A stretch of DNA of 23,002 nucleotides from Candidatus Micrarchaeota archaeon. GTDB lineage: Archaea > Micrarchaeota > Micrarchaeia > Norongarragalinales > SBBD01. Numbering within the stretch: position 1 is the first letter of the stretch; the number at the start of each line of letters is the position of its first letter. Position numbers and translations under genes: made by a program. The stretch is from contig JBDRLB010000056.1 of NCBI GenBank assembly GCA_043813365.1, forward strand, positions 1-23,002, written 5' to 3'. The notes below the pieces were generated by a model, which was not told the origin of the DNA, did not search any database, and saw only the letters and a list, made by a program, of their open reading frames with translations. Shown here one piece after another: positions 1-8,480 of this stretch.

Positions 1-66
1 GGCAATAAGCAGGAAATCATTGCAGGAAAGAAGGTTTTCGAAGGCCATTACAAGTACAGAAAATGA
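1..66 (+). CDS. 3' end of an upstream gene (partial), possibly SufD/SufBD Fe-S assembly protein
   Basis: Frame 1 is open from base 1 and reads GNKQEIIAGKKVFEGHYKYRK-stop (TGA 64-66). It is co-oriented with and just upstream of sufS. The SufD guess rests on the usual sufCBDSU order and my recollection of archaeal SufD tails ending in HYKYR. Confidence 0.35.
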   Translation, partial: GNKQEIIAGKKVFEGHYKYRK

Positions 67-116
67 CAAACATTAAAAGGATCGCAACCAAAAATAATCA
101 TTCGATGGGTGGAAAT

Positions 117-1331
117 ATGTTCGATGCTCAGAAAATAAGGGATGATTTCCCGACTTTGAAGATGAACGGCAAACCCTTAATATACCTGGATAGTGCTGCA
201 ACTTCGCAGCGGCCGGTGCAGGTAATTGAGGCGATGGATGATTATTACCGGAATTTCAACGCTACTGTCCACCGGGGGATTTACCGGATTTCCGAGATGG
301 CAACTGATAGGTATGAAAAGGCGAGGGAGAAGGTTGCTAAATTCATCAATGCGAAGCCGAGGGAGGTAATTTTCACAAGGAACACCACGGAATCAATCAA
401 TGCGGTCGCATATGCATACGGCAATGTGCATGTGAATTCCGGCGATGGGGTGCTGCTCACCCAGATGGAACACCATTCCAACCTCATCCCTTGGCAGCAG
501 CTTGCAAAAAGGAGGAAGGCGAATTTGCATTTTGCAATGGTGGATGATGAGGGGTTCCTGAAAATGGATGAATTTGACGCGAATTTGAAAAAGAAGCCTA
601 AAATCACAGCGTTCACGCATGCGTCCAACGTGTTGGGGACAATCAACCCCGTAAAGGAGATGGTGGGGAAGGCGCATGAGCACGGTTCCGTCGTTTTGGT
701 AGATGGTGCGCAATCCGTTCCGCATATGAAAGTGGATGTGAAGGCGATGGACTGCGACTTTTTCGCTTTCTCAGGGCATAAAATGTTGGGGCCAACAGGA
801 ATCGGCGTGCTTTATGCGAAGGAGGAGATATTGGAAAAAATGGAACCTTTCATAACAGGAGGGTCAATGATCAAAACGGTAACGCTGGAAAAGTCGGAAT
901 GGGCGGAATTGCCGCAGAAATTCGAGGCGGGAACGCCCGCAATTGCGGAAACGATAGGTTTGGGGGCTTCGGTTGATTACCTCCAGAAATTGGGGATGGA
1001 GGATGTGAGGAGGCATGAAATTGAACTGACAAAATATGCGCTTGAAAAGCTTGGAGGGTTCCGCGATATCAGGGTTTTCGGCCCTCATGCGGAAAAGAAA
1101 GGCGGCGTGATTGCATTCAATTTGAAGGGTGTGCATCCGCACGATGCCGCTTCGTTGCTCGACCAGCAGGGAATTGCAGTGAGGGCGGGGCACCACTGTG
1201 CGCACCCGCTGATGCAAAGGTACGGCGTTCCTGCAACTTTGCGCGCCAGCTTCTATGTTTACAATACGAAGCAGGATGTGGAAAAGTTCACGGAAGCGCT
1301 GAAGATGGTGGAATCGGTTTTGAAGAAGTGA
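117..1331 (+). CDS. sufS: Group II (SufS-type) PLP-dependent cysteine desulfurase
   Basis: Motifs IYLDSAATSQRP, EHHSN, DGAQS, FSGHKMLGPTGIG (PLP lysine) and RAGHHCA (group II catalytic Cys). Start moved from 63 to ATG 117, which follows GGTGG and gives MFDAQKIRDDFP. Confidence 0.96.
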   Translation: MFDAQKIRDDFPTLKMNGKPLIYLDSAATSQRPVQVIEAMDDYYRNFNATVHRGIYRISEMATDRYEKAREKVAKFINAKPREVIFTRNTTESINAVAYAYGNVHVNSGDGVLLTQMEHHSNLIPWQQLAKRRKANLHFAMVDDEGFLKMDEFDANLKKKPKITAFTHASNVLGTINPVKEMVGKAHEHGSVVLVDGAQSVPHMKVDVKAMDCDFFAFSGHKMLGPTGIGVLYAKEEILEKMEPFITGGSMIKTVTLEKSEWAELPQKFEAGTPAIAETIGLGASVDYLQKLGMEDVRRHEIELTKYALEKLGGFRDIRVFGPHAEKKGGVIAFNLKGVHPHDAASLLDQQGIAVRAGHHCAHPLMQRYGVPATLRASFYVYNTKQDVEKFTEALKMVESVLKK

Positions 1332-1355
1332 TTATTTTCATTCGGATTGGTTGCC

Positions 1356-1745
1356 ATGGACATTTACCGCGAGAACGTGCTGGATCATTACAAGAACCCG
1401 AGGAATTTCGGGAATATGAGGAAACCTAATGCGAGGCACAAGGATTCGAACCCCTATTGCGGAGATGAGGTGGAGTTCTTCCTCCGCATTGATTCGAAGG
1501 GCATAATTACGCAGGCAAAATATTTCGGGACGGGCTGTGCAATTTCGCAGGCAAGCGCGTCGATGCTTTCGGAAAAATTGAGGGGGATGCAACTCGAGGA
1601 GGCGCTGAAACTCGGGAAGGAGGAGGTGGAGGATTGGATAGGAAGCCGTTTGGCTCCCACACGGCTCAAATGCGCCCTGCTGCCGCTATTGGTGGTTAAA
1701 ACAGCAATATTGAAATTCGAGAATAAGAAACCGGCTGAAAAATAG
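1356..1745 (+). CDS. sufU: SufU/IscU-family Fe-S assembly / sulfur-acceptor protein
   Basis: Motifs YRENVLDHYKNPRNFG, NPYCGD, GCAISQASAS and RLKCALL supply the three conserved Cys plus Asp. Directly downstream of sufS. ATG 1356 preferred over TTG 1347. Confidence 0.92.
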   Translation: MDIYRENVLDHYKNPRNFGNMRKPNARHKDSNPYCGDEVEFFLRIDSKGIITQAKYFGTGCAISQASASMLSEKLRGMQLEEALKLGKEEVEDWIGSRLAPTRLKCALLPLLVVKTAILKFENKKPAEK

Positions 1746-1768
1746 CGGGAATTCGGAGTATTGGAACC

Positions 1769-1792
1769 TAAAAAAATAGAAAAAAGGGGAAA
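1769..1792 (-). terminator. U-rich archaeal-type terminator of the small zinc-ribbon gene
   Basis: Minus strand reads TTTCCCCTTTTTTCTATTTTTTTA immediately after the TAA at 1793-1795. Confidence 0.55.
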
Positions 1793-1936
1793 TTAGGCCT
1801 TTCCCAGTATCTTGAACATCTTGGTGCCGCATTTCACGCAAACGCCTTTCGCGGCCTTCATTCCGTTCTTCATCGTGACTTCAGTGTCATCCTTCATATC
1901 CCTTTCTGCCTTGCATTTCATGCATCTTCCCTTCAT
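1793..1936 (-). CDS. 47-aa basic zinc-ribbon protein (DUF5679-like), absent from the ORF track
   Basis: Hand translation: MKGRCMKCKAERDMKDDTEVTMKNGMKAAKGVCVKCGTKMFKILGKA-stop, with two CxxC pairs. Strong SD (GAGGTGA) just upstream, TTTTTAAG box at 1986-1993 on the minus strand, and a U-tract downstream. Confidence 0.88.
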   Translation of the reverse strand: MKGRCMKCKAERDMKDDTEVTMKNGMKAAKGVCVKCGTKMFKILGKA

Positions 1937-2090
1937 AACCCTTCACCTCACTTGTAAACAGACGGAAATATCAACGGAATAAGGGCTTAAAAAGCGATTA
2001 GGAGGGCAGAAAATCAATGAAAATAGGAAAAAGTATGGTCATTCAATGACTGCTTACGTTGATCGGCGAACACAACATCGTTGAATATCC

Positions 2091-2098
2091 TTTTTAAA
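2091..2098 (+). promoter_or_regulatory. TATA box of the lipA / 2-oxoacid dehydrogenase operon
   Basis: TTTTTAAA ends about 25 nt before the lipA ATG, the usual spacing for a short-leader archaeal transcript. Confidence 0.6.
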
Positions 2099-2123
2099 CC
2101 CTTTTTGATTTAATAGAGAGGCT

Positions 2124-3032
2124 ATGCTTCAACAGCAGCAAAAACCCTATTGGCTGAAAATCCGGCCGCCTTCCACAAAAAAATTTGAGCAGGTGAAGGC
2201 TACCCTCGAGGGGTTGAAGCTGGTGACCGTATGCGAGGAGGCGCATTGCCCGAACATAAGCGAATGCTGGAGCGGCGGCACTGCCACCTTCATGGTGATG
2301 GGAGACACTTGCACAAGAGGATGCCGTTTTTGCAATGTGAGGAAAGCGAAGGGAGGCGCACCATTGGATGCTAAGGAGCCAAAGAAGCTCGCAAAAGCTG
2401 CCAAAGAGTGGGGATTGACATATGTCGTGGTAACTTCGGTCGATAGGGACGATTTGCCGGATCAGGGGGCAAACCATTTCGCGGAGTGCATCAGGGAATT
2501 GAGAAAAGAGGGCATTCTTACGGAAGTGCTAATTGGCGATTTCTGCGGGGATGAAAAGCTGCTGAAACTCATTGTGGAGGCAAAACCAAACGTAATAGCG
2601 CATAACATTGAAACCGTTGAGCGTCTGCAGAAATATGCAAGGGATTACAGGGCGGGCTACAATCAAAGTTTGGGTGTTTTGAGGAAAGTGAAGGAAATTG
2701 ATCCCTCCATCTACACGAAGAGCTCAATCATGCTGGGATTGGGGGAATTGGAGGGAGAGGTTGTAAAGGCGCTGGATGATTTGAGGGAGAATGCGGTTGA
2801 TGTGGTCACTTTCGGGCAGTATTTGAGGCCTTCAATAATGCAACTACCGGTTTCAGAGTATGTGACTCCGGAGAAATTCGAGATGTATAACGGGTTGGCT
2901 AGGGAGCGCGGTTTCCTGTATGTTGCAGGCGGGCCGTTTGTGAGGAGTTCTTACAAGGCAGGAGAGCTGTTCATGAAAGGGGTGCTGGAAAAGGGAATTG
3001 AAAAGCCAACTCCAATAGAATTGAAAATTTGA
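2124..3032 (+). CDS. lipA: Lipoyl synthase (radical SAM)
   Basis: CEEAHCPNISEC (auxiliary cluster CX4CX5C), CTRGCRFC (radical SAM CX3CX2C), HNIETV, GQYLRP and C-terminal RSSY. Confidence 0.97.
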   Translation: MLQQQQKPYWLKIRPPSTKKFEQVKATLEGLKLVTVCEEAHCPNISECWSGGTATFMVMGDTCTRGCRFCNVRKAKGGAPLDAKEPKKLAKAAKEWGLTYVVVTSVDRDDLPDQGANHFAECIRELRKEGILTEVLIGDFCGDEKLLKLIVEAKPNVIAHNIETVERLQKYARDYRAGYNQSLGVLRKVKEIDPSIYTKSSIMLGLGELEGEVVKALDDLRENAVDVVTFGQYLRPSIMQLPVSEYVTPEKFEMYNGLARERGFLYVAGGPFVRSSYKAGELFMKGVLEKGIEKPTPIELKI

Positions 3033-3060
3033 CCAAATTCACGTTTTTGAGGTGTTTCAT

Positions 3061-4152
3061 ATGGTTTTGAAAACAGTAGCTAAGTTTGAAGTGCAGTACA
3101 TGCAGATTCTGGATGAGAATGGAAATGTCGATGCCGCTTTGGAGCCGAAACTGACCGTTGAGCAACTGAAGGAGATGTACAGGCTGATGGTGCTGGGAAG
3201 GGCATATGACAGGAAGGCGATGAATTTGCAAAGGCAGGGAAGGTTTTTCACCTACCTGCCGGTTGAAGGGCAGGAAGCGTGCCAGATCGGAAGTTGCGCT
3301 GCGCTGGAGAAGAGTGATTGGATCGTGCCTGCATTCAGGGAGACTGTAGCTTACATAGCGAGGGGCATGCCGCTGAAAACGCTCTGCTACTATTGGATGG
3401 GCAACGAAAAGGGGAACTCCGCACCGAAGGATGTGAATGCTTTCCCTGTTGCAATTCCTGTAGGGACGCAGATGCTCCATGCTGCGGGAATCGGATGGGC
3501 CGCAAAAATGAAGAAGGATAAAACCATTGCGCTTACGTTCTTCGGGGATGGGGCGACCTCGCAGGGAGATTTCTACGAGGCGATGAATTTCGCGGGCGTA
3601 TTCAAGGCGCAAACAATATTCCTTTGCCAGAATAATGGCTGGGCAATTTCAACGCCAAGGCCGAAGCAGACTGCGGCTGAAACGCTAGCACAGAAGGCGG
3701 TTGCTGCTGGAATCAGCTGCATTCAGGTGGATGGGAATGACGTGCTGGCTGTTTACAGGGCAACCAAGGAAGCGGCAGATAGGGCGAGAGCAGGGAAGGG
3801 GCCTACATTGATCGAGTGCCTCACCTACAGGATGGGGCCGCATAGCACTTCCGATGACCCGAAAAAATACCGCTCGCAGGAGGAAACCGATGCGTGGAAA
3901 AAGAAGGATCCGGTGGAAAGGTTCAGAGTTTACCTGCAGAAGAAGGGGATTTGGAATGCGGAATGGGAGCAGAAACTGCAGGCGGATAGCGATGCCGCAA
4001 TTGAAAAAGCTGTTGGCGAGGCGGAAGCGGACAACAAGCCGGATTTGGAGGAGATGTTCAAATACGTTTATGCTGAAATGCCCCTTACCCTGAGGGAGCA
4101 GTACGCGGAATGGAAGCAGATGATTGAAGAAAGGACGCAGGCAGGTTACTAA
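3061..4152 (+). CDS. pdhA: Pyruvate/2-oxoacid dehydrogenase E1 alpha subunit
   Basis: LQRQGR, GQEA, ThDP motif GDGATSQGDFYEAMNFAG...QNN, and TYRMGPHSTSDDP. ATG 3061 follows SD GAGGTG. Substrate (pyruvate versus branched-chain) is not resolved. Confidence 0.92.
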   Translation: MVLKTVAKFEVQYMQILDENGNVDAALEPKLTVEQLKEMYRLMVLGRAYDRKAMNLQRQGRFFTYLPVEGQEACQIGSCAALEKSDWIVPAFRETVAYIARGMPLKTLCYYWMGNEKGNSAPKDVNAFPVAIPVGTQMLHAAGIGWAAKMKKDKTIALTFFGDGATSQGDFYEAMNFAGVFKAQTIFLCQNNGWAISTPRPKQTAAETLAQKAVAAGISCIQVDGNDVLAVYRATKEAADRARAGKGPTLIECLTYRMGPHSTSDDPKKYRSQEETDAWKKKDPVERFRVYLQKKGIWNAEWEQKLQADSDAAIEKAVGEAEADNKPDLEEMFKYVYAEMPLTLREQYAEWKQMIEERTQAGY

Positions 4153-4197
4153 AAGAATGGGAGAAATGGAATTGACAACACAGTAGGTGAAAAAATA

Positions 4198-5178
4198 ATG
4201 GCAACTGACAAGCTGAATATGGTTCAGGCGATAAACCTTGCTCTGTCACAGGAACTTGAACGCGACCCCAATGTAATCGTGATGGGCGAGGATGTTGGCG
4301 TTGATGGCGGCGTGTTCAGGGTTACAGATGGGCTGCAGGCAAAGTTCGGGCCGGAGAGGGTCATAGATACTCCTTTGGCTGAGAGCGGCATTGCGGGCAC
4401 TGCTGTCGGAATGGCTGTTTACGGGATGAGGCCCGTAATTGAAATGCAGTTTGACGGGTTCGCGTTTGTTGCTCTCCATCAGCTTCTGCTGCACGCAGCA
4501 AAAATGAGGAACCGCACCAGGGGAAGGCTCACATGCCCGCTTGTTTGCCGCGCTCCTTATGGAGGGGGAATACGCGCTTTGGAACTGCATTGCGAACCAA
4601 TTGAGATACAATTCATCAATGCTGCCGGAATCCGCGTGATTTGCCCTTCCAACCCAAATGATGCGAAAGGCTTGCTTGCCGCAGCAATTCGGGATCCGGA
4701 CCCGGTGCTTTTTTTGGAACCGAAGAAAATCTACCGCGCATTCAAGGAGGATGTGGAGCTGGACCCGTTTGTGGAGGAGCTGGATAAGGCGGCGATTGCA
4801 AGGGATGGGAAGGATGTAACTGTTATCTCCTATGGTGCAATGGTAAGGCAGTGCCTGAATGCAGCTGAGAATCTGAAAAATGACATTTCAGTTGAAGTTG
4901 TTGATTTGCGCACCCTATCGCCGCTTGATGAAGCAACAATACTCAAATCTGTGCAGAAAACCGGCCGCGCAGTTATCATGCATGAGGCGCCAAGGACGGG
5001 CGGTTATGGGGGAGAGATTGCGGCATTGATAGCGGAGAAGGCACTCACGAGCCTGCAGGCCCCAATACAAAGAGTTACCGCGCCGGATGTGCCTGTTGCG
5101 CTTGCAAAACTCGAGGATTATTATATGCCGGATGAGTTCAAGGTAGCGAGAGCGATAAGGAAAGCGATGAGCTTCTGA
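4198..5178 (+). CDS. pdhB: Pyruvate/2-oxoacid dehydrogenase E1 beta subunit
   Basis: GEDVGVDGGVFRVT, DTPLAESGI, EMQFDGF, FLEPK and VVDLRTLSPLD. SD AGGTGA upstream. Confidence 0.93.
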   Translation: MATDKLNMVQAINLALSQELERDPNVIVMGEDVGVDGGVFRVTDGLQAKFGPERVIDTPLAESGIAGTAVGMAVYGMRPVIEMQFDGFAFVALHQLLLHAAKMRNRTRGRLTCPLVCRAPYGGGIRALELHCEPIEIQFINAAGIRVICPSNPNDAKGLLAAAIRDPDPVLFLEPKKIYRAFKEDVELDPFVEELDKAAIARDGKDVTVISYGAMVRQCLNAAENLKNDISVEVVDLRTLSPLDEATILKSVQKTGRAVIMHEAPRTGGYGGEIAALIAEKALTSLQAPIQRVTAPDVPVALAKLEDYYMPDEFKVARAIRKAMSF

Positions 5179-5208
5179 AATTTCATGAATTTTTTAGAGA
5201 GTGGTACT

Positions 5209-6555
5209 ATGGCATTGAATTTCAAGTTTCCGGATGTGGGGGAGGGCATTCATGAGGGAAAACTGGTCAAATGGAGGGTGAAGGAGGGAGAGGAAATCAA
5301 GGTTGATGCTGTCATTGCGGAAGTGGAGACCGATAAGGCGGTTGTTGAGATACCTTCGCCAAGAGCCGGAGTGATTTTGAAAACTTATTTCAAGGAGGGG
5401 GATGCCATCAAGGTTGGGCAGACCCTCATAACTATTGGGGAAAAAGGGGAGCCGATACCTGTTGATGAAGTGAAGCAGGCACCCCAAATAGCAAATGTGC
5501 AAAAAAGCATGCCAGCGGAAAAGGCGCCTTCCCAGACTGCTCCGAAAATTGCCGCTCCAATCCAATCACAAGCTCCCGCTCCCTCAGGGATTATTGCAAC
5601 ACCAGCTGTAAGGCAGAAGGCGAAAGAGATGGGAGTTGATTTAAGCAAAGTAGCCGGCACCGGCCCAGCCGGAAGGGTATTGCAGGAGGATGTTGAGAAT
5701 GCTGCAAAATCTGGGAGCGCGAAAATCGGGCAGGCGCAAGGAGGCTCGGGACAAGGAACAGCGCAAGGAGCCGGAGGGCAAACTGGCGGGAGTGCCCAGA
5801 TGCAGTCAGGGAACGAGGCCCAAAAGCAGGCGCCGTCCTTTGATGCTGATTTCTCCCAATTCGGGCAGGTGGAAAAGGTTGCCATTGCCGGAATAAGGAA
5901 GAGAATTGCAGAAACAATGTCAAGGTCGAAGAGGACAGCCGCGCATGTAACGCATTTCGATGAGGCGGATGTCACGCTGCTTGCAAAATTGAGGGAGGAG
6001 TTGAAGCCGGAGGCGGAAAAGAAGGGAATCAAATTAACATATTTGGCGTATGTGGTGAAGGCAGCTGTGATTGCGCTCAAAACGCACCCCAAATTCAATG
6101 CTTCTTTCGATGAATCAAAGGATGAAATCGTGCTTAAGAAGTATTACCATATTGGGATTGCAGTTGATACGGCGGAGGGGCTGATTGTGCCGGTCATCAG
6201 GGATGCGGACAAGAAGGGCATTTACGAGATTGCTGCGGAAATAATGCGGCTAGCAAAGAAGGCAAACGAGAGGAAAATGAAATTGGATGATTTGAAGGGC
6301 GGATCGTTCACAATAACGAACATTGGGAGCATCGGAGGCGAATTCTTCACTCCGATAATTTACCATCCTGAGGTCGCGATTTTGGGTTTGGGGAGAATCG
6401 GGGACAAGGTCGTGGTGGAGGAAGGGAAAGCAGTGATTGCAAAGAAGCTTCCTTTGTCGCTTTCATTCGACCATCGCATAATTGACGGCGCGGAGGCCGC
6501 ACGGTTTGTCAACGATGTAATCAAAATGCTTGAAAATCCAGAAACGATCAAGTGA
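5209..6555 (+). CDS. pdhC: Dihydrolipoamide acyltransferase (E2) with a single lipoyl domain
   Basis: FPDVGEG...ETDKAVVEIPSP lipoyl domain, ATPAVRQKAKEMGVDL...GTGPAGRV subunit-binding domain, and catalytic DHRIIDG. Start taken at ATG 5209. Confidence 0.94.
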   Translation: MALNFKFPDVGEGIHEGKLVKWRVKEGEEIKVDAVIAEVETDKAVVEIPSPRAGVILKTYFKEGDAIKVGQTLITIGEKGEPIPVDEVKQAPQIANVQKSMPAEKAPSQTAPKIAAPIQSQAPAPSGIIATPAVRQKAKEMGVDLSKVAGTGPAGRVLQEDVENAAKSGSAKIGQAQGGSGQGTAQGAGGQTGGSAQMQSGNEAQKQAPSFDADFSQFGQVEKVAIAGIRKRIAETMSRSKRTAAHVTHFDEADVTLLAKLREELKPEAEKKGIKLTYLAYVVKAAVIALKTHPKFNASFDESKDEIVLKKYYHIGIAVDTAEGLIVPVIRDADKKGIYEIAAEIMRLAKKANERKMKLDDLKGGSFTITNIGSIGGEFFTPIIYHPEVAILGLGRIGDKVVVEEGKAVIAKKLPLSLSFDHRIIDGAEAARFVNDVIKMLENPETIK

Positions 6556-7010
6556 AGCACATGCCTGCAATAGAGAAACTCGCGGATAGGCTCCTTGAAC
6601 TTGGGAAAAGGAATAGCCTCACTTATTTCAGCCCGAGAAGGCTTTCAATGATCGAATACATCGATAAGGCATTGAAGCGGGTGAGGTATGAAGGCGTTGT
6701 TTTAAAGCACACGGGGATAATCATCGGAGTCGGAATGCCCGGCGCAGGCGACACGCATCTTTCATCAATTGAAAGGGAGCTGAGGGAGGTTTTCTCCACT
6801 TTGAAGGTCAGGAAAAAAGGGGAAAACAATACAACAGCACCCACGCTGGAAATTGATAGGACGACTCAGATGGTTGCCGATGCGAATTCGGGGCAGCAAA
6901 TCCGGATACCCGTCCTGAAGGTCAGGGTCAAGCGCATGCCTCCGGAAGCCACAAAACAATTGAACAAATTATTGCAGGAAAAACAGCAAGAAATGTATGG
7001 AAAAAAGTAA
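6552..7010 (+). CDS. Hypothetical protein embedded between E2 and E3
   Basis: 152-codon ORF filling the pdhC-lpdA gap. Its GTG overlaps the pdhC stop (GTGA; alternative ATG 6561) and it ends 12 nt before lpdA. No family confidently recognised. Confidence 0.75.
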   Translation: MKHMPAIEKLADRLLELGKRNSLTYFSPRRLSMIEYIDKALKRVRYEGVVLKHTGIIIGVGMPGAGDTHLSSIERELREVFSTLKVRKKGENNTTAPTLEIDRTTQMVADANSGQQIRIPVLKVRVKRMPPEATKQLNKLLQEKQQEMYGKK

Positions 7011-7022
7011 AAAGGTGTTCAT

Positions 7023-8450
7023 ATGGTAGTCGGTGAAGTCGCAATTGAAAAGCAGGTTGTTGTTATAGGAGGCGGGCCCGGAGGATACGTATGTGCTATC
7101 AGGCTCTCGCAGGAAGGGAAAAAGGTGATGCTTGTTGAAAAGGATCCGCAAGGGATGGGCGGCATCTGCTTGAACCACGGCTGCATCCCTTCAAAGGCGT
7201 TGATCCACGTGAGCAACTTGGTGGACGCGGAAAAGCACCTGGAAAATCTGGGCATCTCAAGCTCGGGCTACGTAGTGGATGTGAATAAGCTGCAGGATTG
7301 GAAAACTTCAGTTGTTACAACTTTGAGAAAGGGCGTGGAAGATTTGGTGAAGCGCAACGGAATTGAGCTTGTTTTTGGGGAGGCGCATTTCGAAAGTTCT
7401 AGGAGGCTGGGAGTATCTGGCAACCATGATGTTGCGGCAATAGAGTTCCAGCAGGCCGTCATTGCAACAGGAAGCGTTCCCGTTCAGTTGAAGCAGCTGC
7501 CTTTTGATGGAAAACGCATCATCAGCTCAACGGAATGCCTGCAGCTCAGGGAAGTGCCGAAGGAATTCATCGTTGTTGGTTCGGGCTACATCAATATTGA
7601 GGAGGCGACGATGTATGCAAAATTGGGGAGCAAGGTGAAAATCATCGAAAGGGAGGCATCAATTTTGCCCGGTTTGGAAAAGGAAGTGGTGTATGAGGCG
7701 GAAAAGCGGGTGCGCGAGTTGGGGATTGAGGTTTACACCTCAACAAATGTTCTAGGATGGAAGGAGCAGAATGGGAAGGCGGTTGTAATTGCGGAAAGCG
7801 CAGGGAAAAACATGGAAATTGCCGGGGATAAGGTGCTGGTTGCAGTTGGAAGGAACCCCAATACGGAATCGTTGACCTTGAATAACACTAAAGTGGAGCT
7901 GGATGAGAAGGGATTCATAAAAGTGAATGAGAAGTTCCTCACAACGGACCAGAGAATTTATGCCATCGGGGACGTAATAGGAGGGGCAATGCTTGCGCAC
8001 AAGGCGTTCATGGAGGGAAGGGTTGCAGGTGAGATTATTGCGGGCAAGGAAACGGAATTCAAGAACAAGGCAATTCCGGCAGTTGTGTTCTGCGACCCTG
8101 AAATCGCATATGTGGGAATGTCGGAGAAGGACGCAGGAATGAAAAACCTGAAAGTGAAGGTGTCGAAGTTCCCGTTCAAGGCATTAGGAAGGGCGCACAC
8201 GATGGATAGCATAGATGGGTTCGTGAAGCTGATTGCTGATTTTGAAACAAACGTGCTTCTCGGAGGTTCGGTTGTTGGGACAGGCGCATCGGATTTGATT
8301 TCGGAAATCACGCTTGCGGTTGAGATGGGCTTGAGGTTGGATGACCTTGCGCTTACAATACATCCGCACCCAACTTTGCCGGAAGCAATCGAGGAGGCTG
8401 CTGAGCTCGCGATGGGGAAGGCGATCCACTTCTACAGCAAGAAATTTTAA
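7023..8450 (+). CDS. lpdA: Dihydrolipoamide dehydrogenase (E3)
   Basis: FAD-binding GGGPGGY, redox disulfide GGICLNHGCIPSKAL, ATGS, YAIGD, LAHKA and catalytic HPHPTLPE. Confidence 0.96.
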   Translation: MVVGEVAIEKQVVVIGGGPGGYVCAIRLSQEGKKVMLVEKDPQGMGGICLNHGCIPSKALIHVSNLVDAEKHLENLGISSSGYVVDVNKLQDWKTSVVTTLRKGVEDLVKRNGIELVFGEAHFESSRRLGVSGNHDVAAIEFQQAVIATGSVPVQLKQLPFDGKRIISSTECLQLREVPKEFIVVGSGYINIEEATMYAKLGSKVKIIEREASILPGLEKEVVYEAEKRVRELGIEVYTSTNVLGWKEQNGKAVVIAESAGKNMEIAGDKVLVAVGRNPNTESLTLNNTKVELDEKGFIKVNEKFLTTDQRIYAIGDVIGGAMLAHKAFMEGRVAGEIIAGKETEFKNKAIPAVVFCDPEIAYVGMSEKDAGMKNLKVKVSKFPFKALGRAHTMDSIDGFVKLIADFETNVLLGGSVVGTGASDLISEITLAVEMGLRLDDLALTIHPHPTLPEAIEEAAELAMGKAIHFYSKKF

Positions 8451-8480
8451 CCCTCCCTCCGGTAAATCCTAGTTGATGAA

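Noticed and set aside
63..116. N-terminal extension of SufS from ATG 63
   Set aside because: It overlaps the upstream gene's stop, family similarity starts at MFDAQKIR, and an SD-like GGTGG precedes ATG 117.
1442..1453. GGATTCGAACCC, the reverse complement of a tRNA T-loop consensus
   Set aside because: It lies inside sufU where it encodes the conserved DSNP. The T-stem is weak and I could not build an acceptor or anticodon arm.
5725..5812. Gly/Gln-rich stretch GQAQGGSGQGTAQGAGGQTGG in E2 as a possible repeat or insertion element
   Set aside because: It sits at the normal flexible linker between the binding and catalytic domains and shows no DNA-level tandem periodicity.
5385..6098. 237-aa antisense ORF, and the many similar shadow ORFs in the track
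   Set aside because: Fully antisense to a well-supported gene, with no motifs or expression signals.
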